From: an uncultured Armatimonadetes bacterium
GTDB taxonomy: Bacteria; Armatimonadota; UBA5829
Assembly: GCA_963711155.1 (NCBI GenBank)
Contig: CAVQDB010000005.1
Coordinates: 899,298-963,297 of the forward strand
Length of the DNA stretch: 64,000 bases
Reading direction: 5' to 3'
Part shown: positions 10,580 through 19,189 of the stretch, piece by piece
Layout: each line of letters starts with the position of its first letter
Position numbering within the stretch: the stretch's first letter is position 1
The notes under the pieces: model-generated
Database searches by the model: none
What the model saw: only the letters and a program-made list of their open reading frames with translations
What the model was told of the DNA's origin: nothing
Program-made: the position numbers and the translations under genes

Positions 10580-13393
10580 TCACTGCTCGGCGGTGATGGC
10601 GATCAGGAACGGCGATGCCTCCGTGCCTTCCGAAACAAAGTCGATGCTGGCCACCTTCACGTCCGGCCGCCGGTTCTTCCACCGCGTTTCGCTGACGCCG
10701 ATGAGCCTTCCGTCCTGCGCGCGTGTGCGCCACGCGAACCCGTACGACATCGCCGTGGACTGATCGTCCCAAGCGTGGATGTTCCGGCCGTAGATCAGCC
10801 CGATGGTCTCGGTCTTGCCGTCTTCATAGTGAACGATATACTCGCCCACCTTCGCGCCGTTATCGGCCGCGAACGCGCAACCGTGCAGGAAATCCAGCGC
10901 GTTCAGCTTCGTGTTCACCTCGATCCCGTCAACGCGTTTGGGGAAGGTGCCGGGTAAGGCTCCGCCGTCGAGCATAATAGCCGCGGGCGAGTTCAGCCTT
11001 GCCGGCCGAATTCTGAACGGCGTCCCCTCCATCTCCACAAGTCCCTCGGGCATCTCGCGCAGATCGTTGCCGCGGCCGATTCCCAGCCAACCCATCGCGC
11101 GGCCGGAGTCAACGCGGGAGATGTTGCAGTAGCGATCGAGCCTCACTGTCGAAAAGCTGGGGCAGGTGTTTGAGCTCTGCCCATACCAGAGCCTGCCGAA
11201 CACGCAGTCGGGCCGGTAAGGCAGAGCGTCCACTGCGGGGCGAATCGGGTTCCATGCCCAGGCCGCCGAGAGGACGTAGGCGTAGACCTGGTCGGGCTGG
11301 TCGCGCAGTGTTTCCTGCTCGGTCTTCCAGCCGGTCCACGTGGTCTGCAACATGCCCGCGATGCCGCACCGCGCCGCGAAGCTGGAGAACGTGAATATGT
11401 TCCTGGGGTCGTACCAGGTGCATCCGACAACGGAAAACCCATGCGCCTGGTAGAACTCAACGGTCGGATACTCCGTGCTGGGGCCGTAGCGCCAATCGTT
11501 GATGAGGATGTCCTTGGGCAGTTCGTCTATCATCTCACGATAGCCGGGTCTGGGCAGCACATCGCCCCACACCATCATCTTGCAGCCCTTCGACTTGAGA
11601 TGCTCGTGTATCTTCAGGATGTCCTGGATGTAGAGCTTCTCCTTGCCAACGGCCTGACAGCGCTCGTCGCACGGCATCCTGCCACGCATGTCGAACTCGT
11701 CGTGGCCGGCGTGCAAATACTGCGGATGCCCGAACAGCTCGATTGCCTCGTCCATTATGCTGAAGATGAAGTCATAAGACTTGGGGTTCGTCATGCAATA
11801 GCAGTAGGGCGCCTTCGGATCCTCGGCGATGTCGAGATTGGCGCCGTTGCGAAACGCGTATTCCAGGTGGCCCGGCGACTGCACCAGCGGCGTGACGGTA
11901 ATATGGTGCCGCCGCGCGAACTCGACCAGCTTGGGCACATCCTCGCGCGGCATGAAGTTGGATTTGTCGATCACCTCGGGATGGCTCGCCCACGCGATCT
12001 TGTCCGTCTGCAGGACGATGTGGTTGATCTTGAGCGGCGCCAGAACGTTGTCGATAAGCTTGCTGATGTAGCTCAGCGCATCGCGCGACGTGAGCAGATG
12101 CACTCCGCGGAACGCAAACCGCGGGAAGTCGCGGACATTGACGGCCGGCACAGTGATAGAGCCGCTCACGCCACGCTTGAGCAGTTGCTTCAGCGTCTGA
12201 GCGCCGTAGTACGTGTCCGCCGGCGACGTCCCCGAGACCACGATGCGCTCCGGCAGCACGTCAACGACGTAGGCGCCCGTTCCGTAGCGCGACCGCGGCA
12301 TCCGCACTGAATCGCGATCGCACACCGCATGCAGCAATCGATTGCGAGCGCTCTCGCCGACTATGATGACGTTGCTCGCCGCTCCCGGTTCGCTCCCGAG
12401 TGCGAAGGAATGCACCACGCCGAGCCGCGCCCCGCCGAGCTTCTCGATGGCCGAGTTGATCTCGTCGACCGTCCACATGTCCTCTTCGCCGGCGTCGGCG
12501 TCGATGACGATCTGGGTGTCGGCGTTGATGCGGAACGGTTGCTTGCTGAGGCGATGGTGCATTTCTTGCGGCTCGGGGACGATATGGTCGGACGACCTGA
12601 GCTGAGCCGCCTGCTCCGAGACCGCTTCAGCGCCTTCCGGGGCGGCGGGGTCGGCTTTCAGCGCAACAGGCGCGCCGCGGAACGTGGCAAACCTGAATGC
12701 CGCCTCCGGCGCGACGAGCTTGCCGAAGCGGGAGCACGTCGAAAACCATCTCGGCACAGGCGACCAACTGCTCGTTTCACCGTGCGGGTGCTCGTTGCGG
12801 CAGAAGTTGACGCGCCAGCAGCGCTCGTTTCTGCCGAGCGGGCGAAGGGTATCGAACGGGATCGCGATCTCAGCCACCCACTTGCCGGCCAGCCGTGTAG
12901 CCGCCGCCTGCCACTTCTCCTGGCTCCGGACCCAGTCCGGCTGGTTGTAGCTCTTGGCGCCAGCGACATTCACCACAAACTGGTGCGTCTTCGCGTGGTC
13001 GGCAACCGCGTAGGGCGAGATCCATATCTCGACCGAATCGTCCTGCCAGACCGGCTCACCGTCTTGAGCGAACTCGCTCTTGACCCGGTCCATCTCGTCC
13101 TCGAAGCACTCGAACGAAATGTAGAGCGTGGACCGGTCATAGCAGACGCGGACCTTCGTGCGCTGTCCGGCCGGCTCGCCTGAACCAACCAAATGGAACT
13201 CGTCCACGCCTGGCGCGCTGGACCAAGCCTGGTCTCCCACCTTGCCGTCAACTTGCGGCGCATATCCTACGTAAGTGGGTACAACTACTGGAACACCGCT
13301 CATTGTGCCTCCGTACGCGCCAGAGCGAACCAGTAATGCACAGAGAAGAAGTCCGCATAAGACTACCGCGCGTCCTGCTAACATGCTCCACAC
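10580..13393 (-). CDS. Secreted CBM9/DOMON-like domain + GH20-like glycoside hydrolase (beta-N-acetylhexosaminidase family)
   Basis: Intact 937-aa ORF with a signal peptide. The N-terminal 'VDGKVGDQAW...DSVEIWISP...AIPFDTL' is CBM9-like. 'FPRFAFRGVHLL' and 'HAGHDEF' are GH20-like (H-x-G-x-D-E). Confidence 0.7.
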   Translation of the reverse strand: MWSMLAGRAVVLCGLLLCALLVRSGAYGGTMSGVPVVVPTYVGYAPQVDGKVGDQAWSSAPGVDEFHLVGSGEPAGQRTKVRVCYDRSTLYISFECFEDEMDRVKSEFAQDGEPVWQDDSVEIWISPYAVADHAKTHQFVVNVAGAKSYNQPDWVRSQEKWQAAATRLAGKWVAEIAIPFDTLRPLGRNERCWRVNFCRNEHPHGETSSWSPVPRWFSTCSRFGKLVAPEAAFRFATFRGAPVALKADPAAPEGAEAVSEQAAQLRSSDHIVPEPQEMHHRLSKQPFRINADTQIVIDADAGEEDMWTVDEINSAIEKLGGARLGVVHSFALGSEPGAASNVIIVGESARNRLLHAVCDRDSVRMPRSRYGTGAYVVDVLPERIVVSGTSPADTYYGAQTLKQLLKRGVSGSITVPAVNVRDFPRFAFRGVHLLTSRDALSYISKLIDNVLAPLKINHIVLQTDKIAWASHPEVIDKSNFMPREDVPKLVEFARRHHITVTPLVQSPGHLEYAFRNGANLDIAEDPKAPYCYCMTNPKSYDFIFSIMDEAIELFGHPQYLHAGHDEFDMRGRMPCDERCQAVGKEKLYIQDILKIHEHLKSKGCKMMVWGDVLPRPGYREMIDELPKDILINDWRYGPSTEYPTVEFYQAHGFSVVGCTWYDPRNIFTFSSFAARCGIAGMLQTTWTGWKTEQETLRDQPDQVYAYVLSAAWAWNPIRPAVDALPYRPDCVFGRLWYGQSSNTCPSFSTVRLDRYCNISRVDSGRAMGWLGIGRGNDLREMPEGLVEMEGTPFRIRPARLNSPAAIMLDGGALPGTFPKRVDGIEVNTKLNALDFLHGCAFAADNGAKVGEYIVHYEDGKTETIGLIYGRNIHAWDDQSTAMSYGFAWRTRAQDGRLIGVSETRWKNRRPDVKVASIDFVSEGTEASPFLIAITAEQ

Positions 13394-13458
13394 GATTGCG
13401 TCCTCATGGCCGCTTGAACTTAGTATACCAGACTCGCTTTACACTCGCAAGTCACTTC

Positions 13459-16132
13459 TTACTCACCAAGCGCGCGCCTGCGCTCGATGAGCTTCTCCCC
13501 CTTCTCACGGAGTTCGGTAACGATCCTACGCTCCTTTTCCACAATCTCGGCCGGCGCACGCGAGATGAACTGCTGGTTTGCCAGCTTCGACTCGTGCGGA
13601 GCAAGCTCTTTCGAAATCGCGTCAAGTTCAGCATCGATGCGTTCCAGTTCCTTCGCGACGTCGATAAGCCCAGCGACCTCCATATAGAGATCGAGTCCCA
13701 GAAAGATGCGCGGCAAGATATTTGCCCTTGTCCGAATCCGCTATGGAATCGGCGAAGCTGAGCCCTCCTATCCGAGCAAGCGACTTGATGCTCTCCGCAT
13801 TGCGCTCGACCGCGGCTCTTGCGGCGTCCGACCCCACCACAGCACGTCCACCGGCTTGCTCGGCGCCGCGCCCAGCTCGGCCCGGAGGTTCCTCACGGCC
13901 CTGACAGCGTCCATCACGGCGTTCATCTCAGCCTCGGCCGCTTCATCGATAAGTGACAAATCGGCCTCAGGGAACGGCGCGGTCATGATGCGACTCGCCC
14001 TCGTGCGGCAGCGCCTGCCATATCTCCTCGGTGATGAACGGCATGATCGGGTGCAGCAGGCGCAGGGTCGTCTCCAGCACGTGCATAGCAGCATCGCCTG
14101 CGCCTGCGCCTTTGCGTCGCCGCCCGCGCGCAGCCTCGGCTTGGCAAGCTCGATATACCAGTCGCAGAACTCGCTCCACACGAACTCATAGAGCCCGTTC
14201 GCGGCATCGTCGATGTCGTAGGTGGTGAAGCTTCTGTTGACCAGCTCGATAGTGCGGTTCAGGCGAGAGAGAATCCAGCGGTCTTCGAGGGCTGCGCCCG
14301 AGGACCCCTCCCCGACCCTCCCCGCTCGGAGAGGGCGTATAGCCCTCAAGGTTCATCATCACAAACCGCGAGGCGTTCCAAATCTTGTTGCCGAAGTTGC
14401 GCACGTTCTCCACGCGCTTGTCGGAGAACCGAATGTCCTGGTTCTTGCCGGCCTGCTGCATCAGCGCGTAGCGCAGCGCGTCCGCGCCGAATTGCTCGAT
14501 CAGATCCAGCGGGTCCACGCCGGTCCCGAGCGACTTGCTCATCCGCTTGCCCTCTTCGTTGAGCACGGTGGCGTAGATATACACGTCCTTGAACGGAATC
14601 TCGTCGAGATACTCCAGGCTGGAGAAGATCATTCGCGCGACCCAGAGATAGATGATCTCCCGCGCGGTCACGAGCACGTCGGTCGGGTAGAAGTAGTCCA
14701 GCTCAGGCGTCTTTGCAGGCCAGCCCAGCGTCGCGAACGGCCACAGCGCCGAGGAGAACCACGTATCGAGCACGTCCGGGTCCTGAGTCACATTCGAGCT
14801 GCCGCACTTCGAGCACGGCCTCAAGCTCGGTCTTGGCGGCCGTATACTGCCCGCAGTCCTCGCACTTCCAGACCGGAATCCGATGCCCCCACCAGAGCTG
14901 CCGGGAGATGCACCAGTCGCGCACGTTCTCCATCCAGTCGATGTAGATCGCTGCGTAGCGGTCCGGGAAGAACTTCACCTTGCCCTGCTTCACCACGTCG
15001 ATCGCCGGCTCGGCAAGCTCCTTCATCCTGCAGAACCACTGCTCGCGACAGCAGCGGCTCGATCACGGTGTGGCAGCGCTCGCACGTGCCCACGGAGTGC
15101 GTGTAGTCCTCGATCTTCTCGATCAGGCCCTGCGCTTCAAGGTCGGCGACGACCTTCTCTCGCGCCTCGTAGCGATCCAGCCCCTCGTAGCGCGCGCCGG
15201 CTTCCTGGGTCATGCGAGCCGTCCGGGCCGATCACGACCACCTGCGGCAGGTTGTGCCGCAGGCCGATCTCGAAGTCGTTGGGGTCGTGCGCGGGCGTCA
15301 CCTTCACCGCGCCGGTGCCGAACTCCATGTCCACGAACTCGTCGTCAACGATCGGGAATCATGCGGTCCGTCAGCGGCAGCTTCACGTTCTTGCCGAGCA
15401 TGCCTTGTAGCGCTCGTCGTCGGGATTCACCGCCACCGCCGTATCGCCGAGCATCGTCTCGGGCCGAGTCGTCGCCACCACCACATAGCCCGAACCGTCC
15501 TCCAGCGGGTATCGCAGATGCCAGAGGTGGCTGTGCTGCTCCACGTACTCGACCTCGATGTCGGAGATCGCCGTGTGGCAGCGCGGGCACCAGTTGATGA
15601 CGCGCGCGCCGCGATAGATTAGGCCCTTGTCGAACAGCCGCACGAACGATTCCAGCACCGCGTCGACGTAGCCCTCGTCCATCGTGAACCGCTCGCGCTC
15701 CCAGTCGAACGAGAACCCCATCGTCTTGAACTGGTGCAGGATCTGCCCGCCGTATTCCTCCTTCCAGGCCCACACGCGCTTGAGGAACTCCTCGCGGCCG
15801 AGGTCGTGCCGGGTGAGACCCTCCTCGGCAAGCTGCTGCTCCACCTTGTTCTGGGTCGCGATCCCGGCGTGGTCCGTGCCGGGCAGGCAGAGCGTTTCGT
15901 AGCCCTGCATGCGCTTCCAGCGCGTGAGCACGTCCTGGATCGTGTAGCACAGCGCGTGGCCGATGTGCAGCGAGCCGGTCACGTTCGGCGGCGGGATGGT
16001 GATGCAATACTCCGGCTTGCCGGGCTTCGCTTCGGCGTGGAAGTAGTCCTTCTCAAGCCAGAACTCATACCATTTGCTCTCCACCAGGGCCGGATCATAC
16101 ACTGTCGGCAATTGTGCGGTCTTTTCAGTCAT
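13459..16132 (-). CDS. valS: Valine--tRNA ligase, at least 8 frame breaks
   Basis: HIGH 'SLHIGHAL', '[14 protein letters not shown]', KMSKS '[10 protein letters not shown]', and a C-terminal coiled coil. Pieces lie in ORFs 15383..16177, 15137..15334, 14821..15213, 14703..15026, 14186..14824, 13768..14349, 13967..14179, 13628..13840 and 13459..13716. ATG at 16132 has AGGAG 7 nt upstream. Confidence 0.92.
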
Positions 16133-16200
16133 GGTTACGCTCCTGTGTAGCGGTTGAGTCTCAAATCCAAAATCCAAAATGCAAAATCCAAAATGCAGAA

Positions 16201-16233
16201 GCCCCCATCGTCCAACTCAAGGACGACGGGGGC
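16201..16233 (-). terminator. T-box terminator hairpin
   Basis: GCCCCCGUCGUCC-UUGAGUU-GGACGAUGGGGGC followed by UUCUGCAUUUUGGAUUUUG. The 5' arm can alternatively pair with GGGGG upstream of the T-box core, forming the antiterminator. Confidence 0.8.
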
Positions 16234-16282
16234 CTATTCCCTCGACGTGGTACCACCTTGATTCCCCCGCGCTGCTCGACGT

Positions 16283-16380
16283 ACTCCGCTAGCCCTGAGT
16301 AGCCGCATACTCCGTTAGCCCTGAGTAGCCGCATACTCCGTTAGCCCTGAGTAGCCGCATACTCCGCTAGCCCTGAGTAG
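16283..16380. repeat. 26-bp tandem repeat, ~3.7 copies (ACTCCGYTAGCCCTGAGTAGCCGCAT), derived from the REP-A arm
   Basis: Perfect or near-perfect head-to-tail copies at 16283, 16309, 16335 and 16361. The last copy runs into a full REP-A element (16361-16465). Confidence 0.95.
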
Positions 16381-16545
16381 CGAGGCACGAGCGTATCGAA
16401 GGGCGATGCCTGAAGCACACGCTTCGATACGGCCGCCAGACCCGGCCTACTCAGCACTTACGGTGTTGCTGTTCCAACGCCGACAAGCGCGAGGCTCAAA
16501 CAGCTATATCGGGCTTACCCGGCGGGTTCTACTCGGCCTCACCTC

Positions 16546-16708
16546 GTCATGCTCAACTTGATTCAGCATCCACGCTCACGTCATGCTGAACTTGATTCAG
16601 CATCCACGCTCATGTCACGCTGAACTTGATTCAGCATCCACGCTCATGTCATGCTGAACTTGATTCAGCATCCACTCCGGATGGGTCCTGAATCAAGTTC
16701 AGGATGAC
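16546..16708. repeat. REP-B cluster: four 36-bp tandem hairpin units plus one inverted arm
   Basis: GTCATGCTGAACTTGATTCAGCATCCACGCTCAY repeated 4 times, then GGGTCCTGAATCAAGTTCAGGATGAC. Confidence 0.95.
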
Positions 16709-16786
16709 GCGCGTGCACACGGCCTTTCTTCCCACGGCATACGGGGCGACGTTCGCGCGGCGGCAACCTGGAAACCTCACACCTCC

Positions 16787-16823
16787 GGCCCTTCGATACG
16801 CTCGTTCCTCGCTAATCAGGGCC
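16787..16823. repeat. REP-A hairpin lying inside the T-box Stem I distal loop
   Basis: GGCCCTTCGATACGCTCGTTCCTCGCTAATCAGGGCC, closed by GGCCC/GGGCC. Near-identical to the copy at 27528-27565. Confidence 0.85.
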
Positions 16824-16893
16824 TACGGTTTCCTCTCTCTAGGCGCCCACCGCCTACTCTTCCCCGCAATTGCCTTTGAATCAACTACCACCC

Positions 16894-16922
16894 ATTGTAG
16901 CGGATGGTTCGGGGGATGTAAA
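16894..16922 (-). promoter_or_regulatory. Sigma70-type promoter of the valS leader
   Basis: Minus strand reads TTTACA, 17 nt, TACAAT. This places the TSS about 20 nt upstream of the Stem I base helix. Confidence 0.65.
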
Positions 16923-16936
16923 GGTGCAAGGCAACC

Positions 16937-17782
16937 CTAAGGCCCTCTAGGTCCGTGGTTCACCTCGACAACATCTGCTTTCCAGTACCCGCTTCCACCT
17001 TGCCATTGCTTGCCAGTTCGCCGCGGCATGTGCAGACGCTCGCGATGCGAGACCAGTGGGCGCGGCGGAGGGCCAACATACTCGTTGTGCGAGCATGAAG
17101 ACCACAGCCAGTCGCCCACCCGCCAGAATTGGCTCTGGCCGTATTCGTTCTCGGAAGATGACACAGGCCCTACATCCAGAGCGAGATTCCAATAGCCTCG
17201 GCGGCCGCGGTCTACGCGCCCGAGATGCGCCCTCAGATCGCCCGGTAGTTCCTGATCCTTCCATTCGACTGCGAGATAAGACTTGTCGAACGCAAGGAAG
17301 TCGTGAAACGGTATCGGAACCCCATCGCGCATTGCGTAACGCGGTATCACGTGGCCGTTGGGGTCATACACACTCGTCCGCTTTTGGATGTCGTTCGTGG
17401 CATAGTTCACCACGACGACGTATGGCCGCATCTTCGTCTTTCTGCTTCGAACGACGAACTTGCACGCGCAGCCTTTCGTCTCAACGCACCGGATCACCAG
17501 TGTGCGGTAGATAGTGTCGCCCGGTCGAAAGGGCCAGTCTCCGCGCAGTCTGAGTGTAGCCGGAAGGACCTGCGAGAGCCGGATCACGGCCTCGTCCCCG
17601 ACATGCGGCATCACCGGACCGTAAGAATACTCCTTGTGTGTACGGCACCCGCCAACGCGCACTACTGCAGCCACGACGACCGCAACCAACACGCACAGCG
17701 ATATGGCAACCGGCTTCGCGTACCTCATAGTGGATGTGACGAGCGGCGCGTCTGCAGGGTTCCCGCATTCCCCATTCGGCAT
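16937..17782 (-). CDS. Hypothetical membrane-anchored protein (no recognisable domain)
   Basis: Intact 281-aa ORF. A TM helix 'VAISLCVLVAVVVAAVV' follows the internal Met 'MRYAKP'. Lies 17 nt downstream of the ParB-like gene on the same strand. Confidence 0.55.
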   Translation of the reverse strand: MPNGECGNPADAPLVTSTMRYAKPVAISLCVLVAVVVAAVVRVGGCRTHKEYSYGPVMPHVGDEAVIRLSQVLPATLRLRGDWPFRPGDTIYRTLVIRCVETKGCACKFVVRSRKTKMRPYVVVVNYATNDIQKRTSVYDPNGHVIPRYAMRDGVPIPFHDFLAFDKSYLAVEWKDQELPGDLRAHLGRVDRGRRGYWNLALDVGPVSSSENEYGQSQFWRVGDWLWSSCSHNEYVGPPPRPLVSHRERLHMPRRTGKQWQGGSGYWKADVVEVNHGPRGP

Positions 17783-17799
17783 TCCCCATTCCCCATTTG

Positions 17800-18951
17800 C
17801 TACGCCGCCGCCTGCACTTCAAACCGCGGCGTATAGTTCTCGCACTTGTAGGACTGGGAGTTTTCGTCGGGGCTTTCGGCGTCGGACATGAAGACCGCGT
17901 AGCCGAGCTTGGTGCACTTCTGGTAGGACTGATCGTAGTGCCCGCAGTCCAGGCACCGCCGCAGCACGCTCCAGCACACGCTGCACCGCAGGCTCCCGAT
18001 CAGCTCGATGCGGCCGCACAGCGGGCAGTGGATGTAGATCTCCTGGAAGTTGCGGTCGGTCTTCTGCAGCGACTCGCGCATGGCCTTGTTGAAGTTGTTG
18101 ATCTGCTCGGCAAGGTCGGCAGTCGCGCTGAGCATCTGGTTCATCTGCTCAGAGGAAAGATACTGCGCCACGCGCTCGTCGAGCAGGTCCAGCACCGACG
18201 TGCACGCCTTCTGCATCGACTTGAGGTGCTGCTCGGCGGTCTTGGGCTGATACGGCTTCTTGGTCCGCGTCTGCCTGCCGATGCTGCGGAGGATCTCCTC
18301 CGTGACGTGCAGCGGCACGCGCAGGAACGCCTCGGTCTTGGTCGGCACTTCGGCGATCGCGGCCATGACTTTCTTGAGGTCGTCCACGCTCATCTTCTCT
18401 GCGCGAACCTTCTTCGCGAGCCGAATCTGCAGCTTGAGGTTGTCGTTCAGGGGCCGCAGCGCGTAGGCGTGGCCTTCCAGGAACTCTCCTTCTTTCTCGC
18501 CGGGCTTGGCGAGCAGTTCCGTGAGTATCTGCTCGGGGAGGTCGAGAAGATCGAGGTAGCGGCGCATCGTGGAATCGGCCACGCCCAGGGTCTTCAGACA
18601 CTTCTCCCAGCTCATGAACTCCAGCAGCTTCTTGATCGCGCGAGCGCGCTCGACCGGGTTGAGGTCCTCTCGCTGGAAGTTCTCGACAAGCGCGTCGGCA
18701 CTGGCGTCTTCGTCTGTGAGTTCGCGGACGATTGCCGGGATCTGCGTGAGGCCGGCCAACTGCGAGGCGCGCCACCGCCGCTCGCCCATCACGATCTCAT
18801 ACTTGCCGTCGGCGACGGGCCGCACGACTATCGGCTCCAGCACGCCGCGCTCGCGGATCGACATCGCCAGTTCGAGAAGCGTTCCCTGGTCGAAGGACTT
18901 CCGTGGCTGGTCGGAGGCGGGCGAGATCTTGTCGAGATCGATCATTTCCAT
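17800..18951 (-). CDS. ParB/Srx-fold protein with C-terminal double zinc ribbon (orphan ParB-like)
   Basis: Intact 383-aa ORF with 'GERRWRA' arginine patch, 'VENFQREDLNPVE', and HTH-like 'LGVADSTMRRYLDLLDLP'. The C-terminus reads CxxC-x10-CxxC-x6-CxxC-x9-C. No parA is nearby. Confidence 0.75.
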   Translation of the reverse strand: MEMIDLDKISPASDQPRKSFDQGTLLELAMSIRERGVLEPIVVRPVADGKYEIVMGERRWRASQLAGLTQIPAIVRELTDEDASADALVENFQREDLNPVERARAIKKLLEFMSWEKCLKTLGVADSTMRRYLDLLDLPEQILTELLAKPGEKEGEFLEGHAYALRPLNDNLKLQIRLAKKVRAEKMSVDDLKKVMAAIAEVPTKTEAFLRVPLHVTEEILRSIGRQTRTKKPYQPKTAEQHLKSMQKACTSVLDLLDERVAQYLSSEQMNQMLSATADLAEQINNFNKAMRESLQKTDRNFQEIYIHCPLCGRIELIGSLRCSVCWSVLRRCLDCGHYDQSYQKCTKLGYAVFMSDAESPDENSQSYKCENYTPRFEVQAAA

Positions 18952-19189
18952 TGACAGCAGGCTCCTTGCACGATGTTCTCAGAAATGGGGTGTTCGGAGA
19001 GCATCCCATTTCTGACGGCGCGACCCAATCTCCATTATGGGCAGACTGGGCGCACTAGAGGAGACTTCCCGCACAGATTCCAGCACAATTACGAGGGAGA
19101 AGGCAATCGCGGATTACGAATCACGAGTTACAGGCTGCCCGCTACCCATGGTCCTTCGTATTTCGTAATTCGTATTTCGTAATTCGTGA

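Larger units (their letters stand above)
16157..16887 (-). promoter_or_regulatory. T-box riboswitch leader of valS (Val GUC specifier), expanded by nested repeats
   Basis: On the minus strand, Stem I has base helix UGCGGGG/CCCCGUA (16868-16862 / 16746-16740). It also has GAAGAGUAGG, an AG-box AGAGAGAGG, and distal helix GGAAACC/GGUUUCC with GGUGUGA. The specifier GAAC-GUC-G is at 16750-16748. AGUAGAA and F-box-like CCGUAA lie in 16441-16545. The T-box core AAUCAAGGUGGUACCACG is at 16263-16246, followed by a terminator. Confidence 0.8.

Noticed and set aside
10577-10582. Convergent genes with abutting or overlapping stop codons (sulfatase/GH20 at 10579|10580, and the CTAG overlap at 24219-24222) as a regulatory feature
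   Set aside because: Compact convergent ends are common and no shared hairpin is evident at 10.58 kb. This is noted only as a packing detail.
14296-14345. GC-rich palindrome-like segment inside valS (encoding '[13 protein letters not shown]') as an intragenic REP insertion
   Set aside because: It falls in a naturally variable linker that precedes the conserved 'DRWILSRLN' motif of ValRS. It has no clear match to the REP families defined here.
5776-16132. lepA, valS (and lipA) as genuine pseudogenes or cases of programmed frameshifting
   Set aside because: These are essential, single-copy functions with otherwise perfectly conserved motifs and no premature decay. They carry many independent breaks without slippery-site signatures. 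Technical indels are far more likely.
16441-16545. My first reading placed the T-box Stem I and a GUA specifier in this segment
   Set aside because: A much better Stem I lies upstream at 16740-16868. It has a GA/AGUA motif, AG-box, GGUGUGA distal loop, closing helix and a GUC specifier, and sits just after a consensus promoter. This segment fits Stem II/IIAB (AGUA-II-like and F-box-like CCGUAA) instead.
16546-16708. Possible CRISPR array (36-bp palindromic units)
   Set aside because: The units are contiguous with no spacers, and the same arm occurs singly at several other loci. It is a REP-type element cluster.
17797-18954. Long plus-strand ORF (385 aa) mirroring the ParB-like gene. Similar long antisense ORFs are 7878..8915(+), 11441..12310(+), 20473..21696(+), 25223..26077(+), 27857..28723(+), 28566..29744(+), 30219..31121(+), 31863..32762(-), 33453..34358(-) and 42760..43755(+).
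   Set aside because: These are typical high-GC shadow ORFs. They are Arg/Ala/Pro/His-rich and low in complexity, with no motifs. Each lies opposite a gene with clear conserved motifs.
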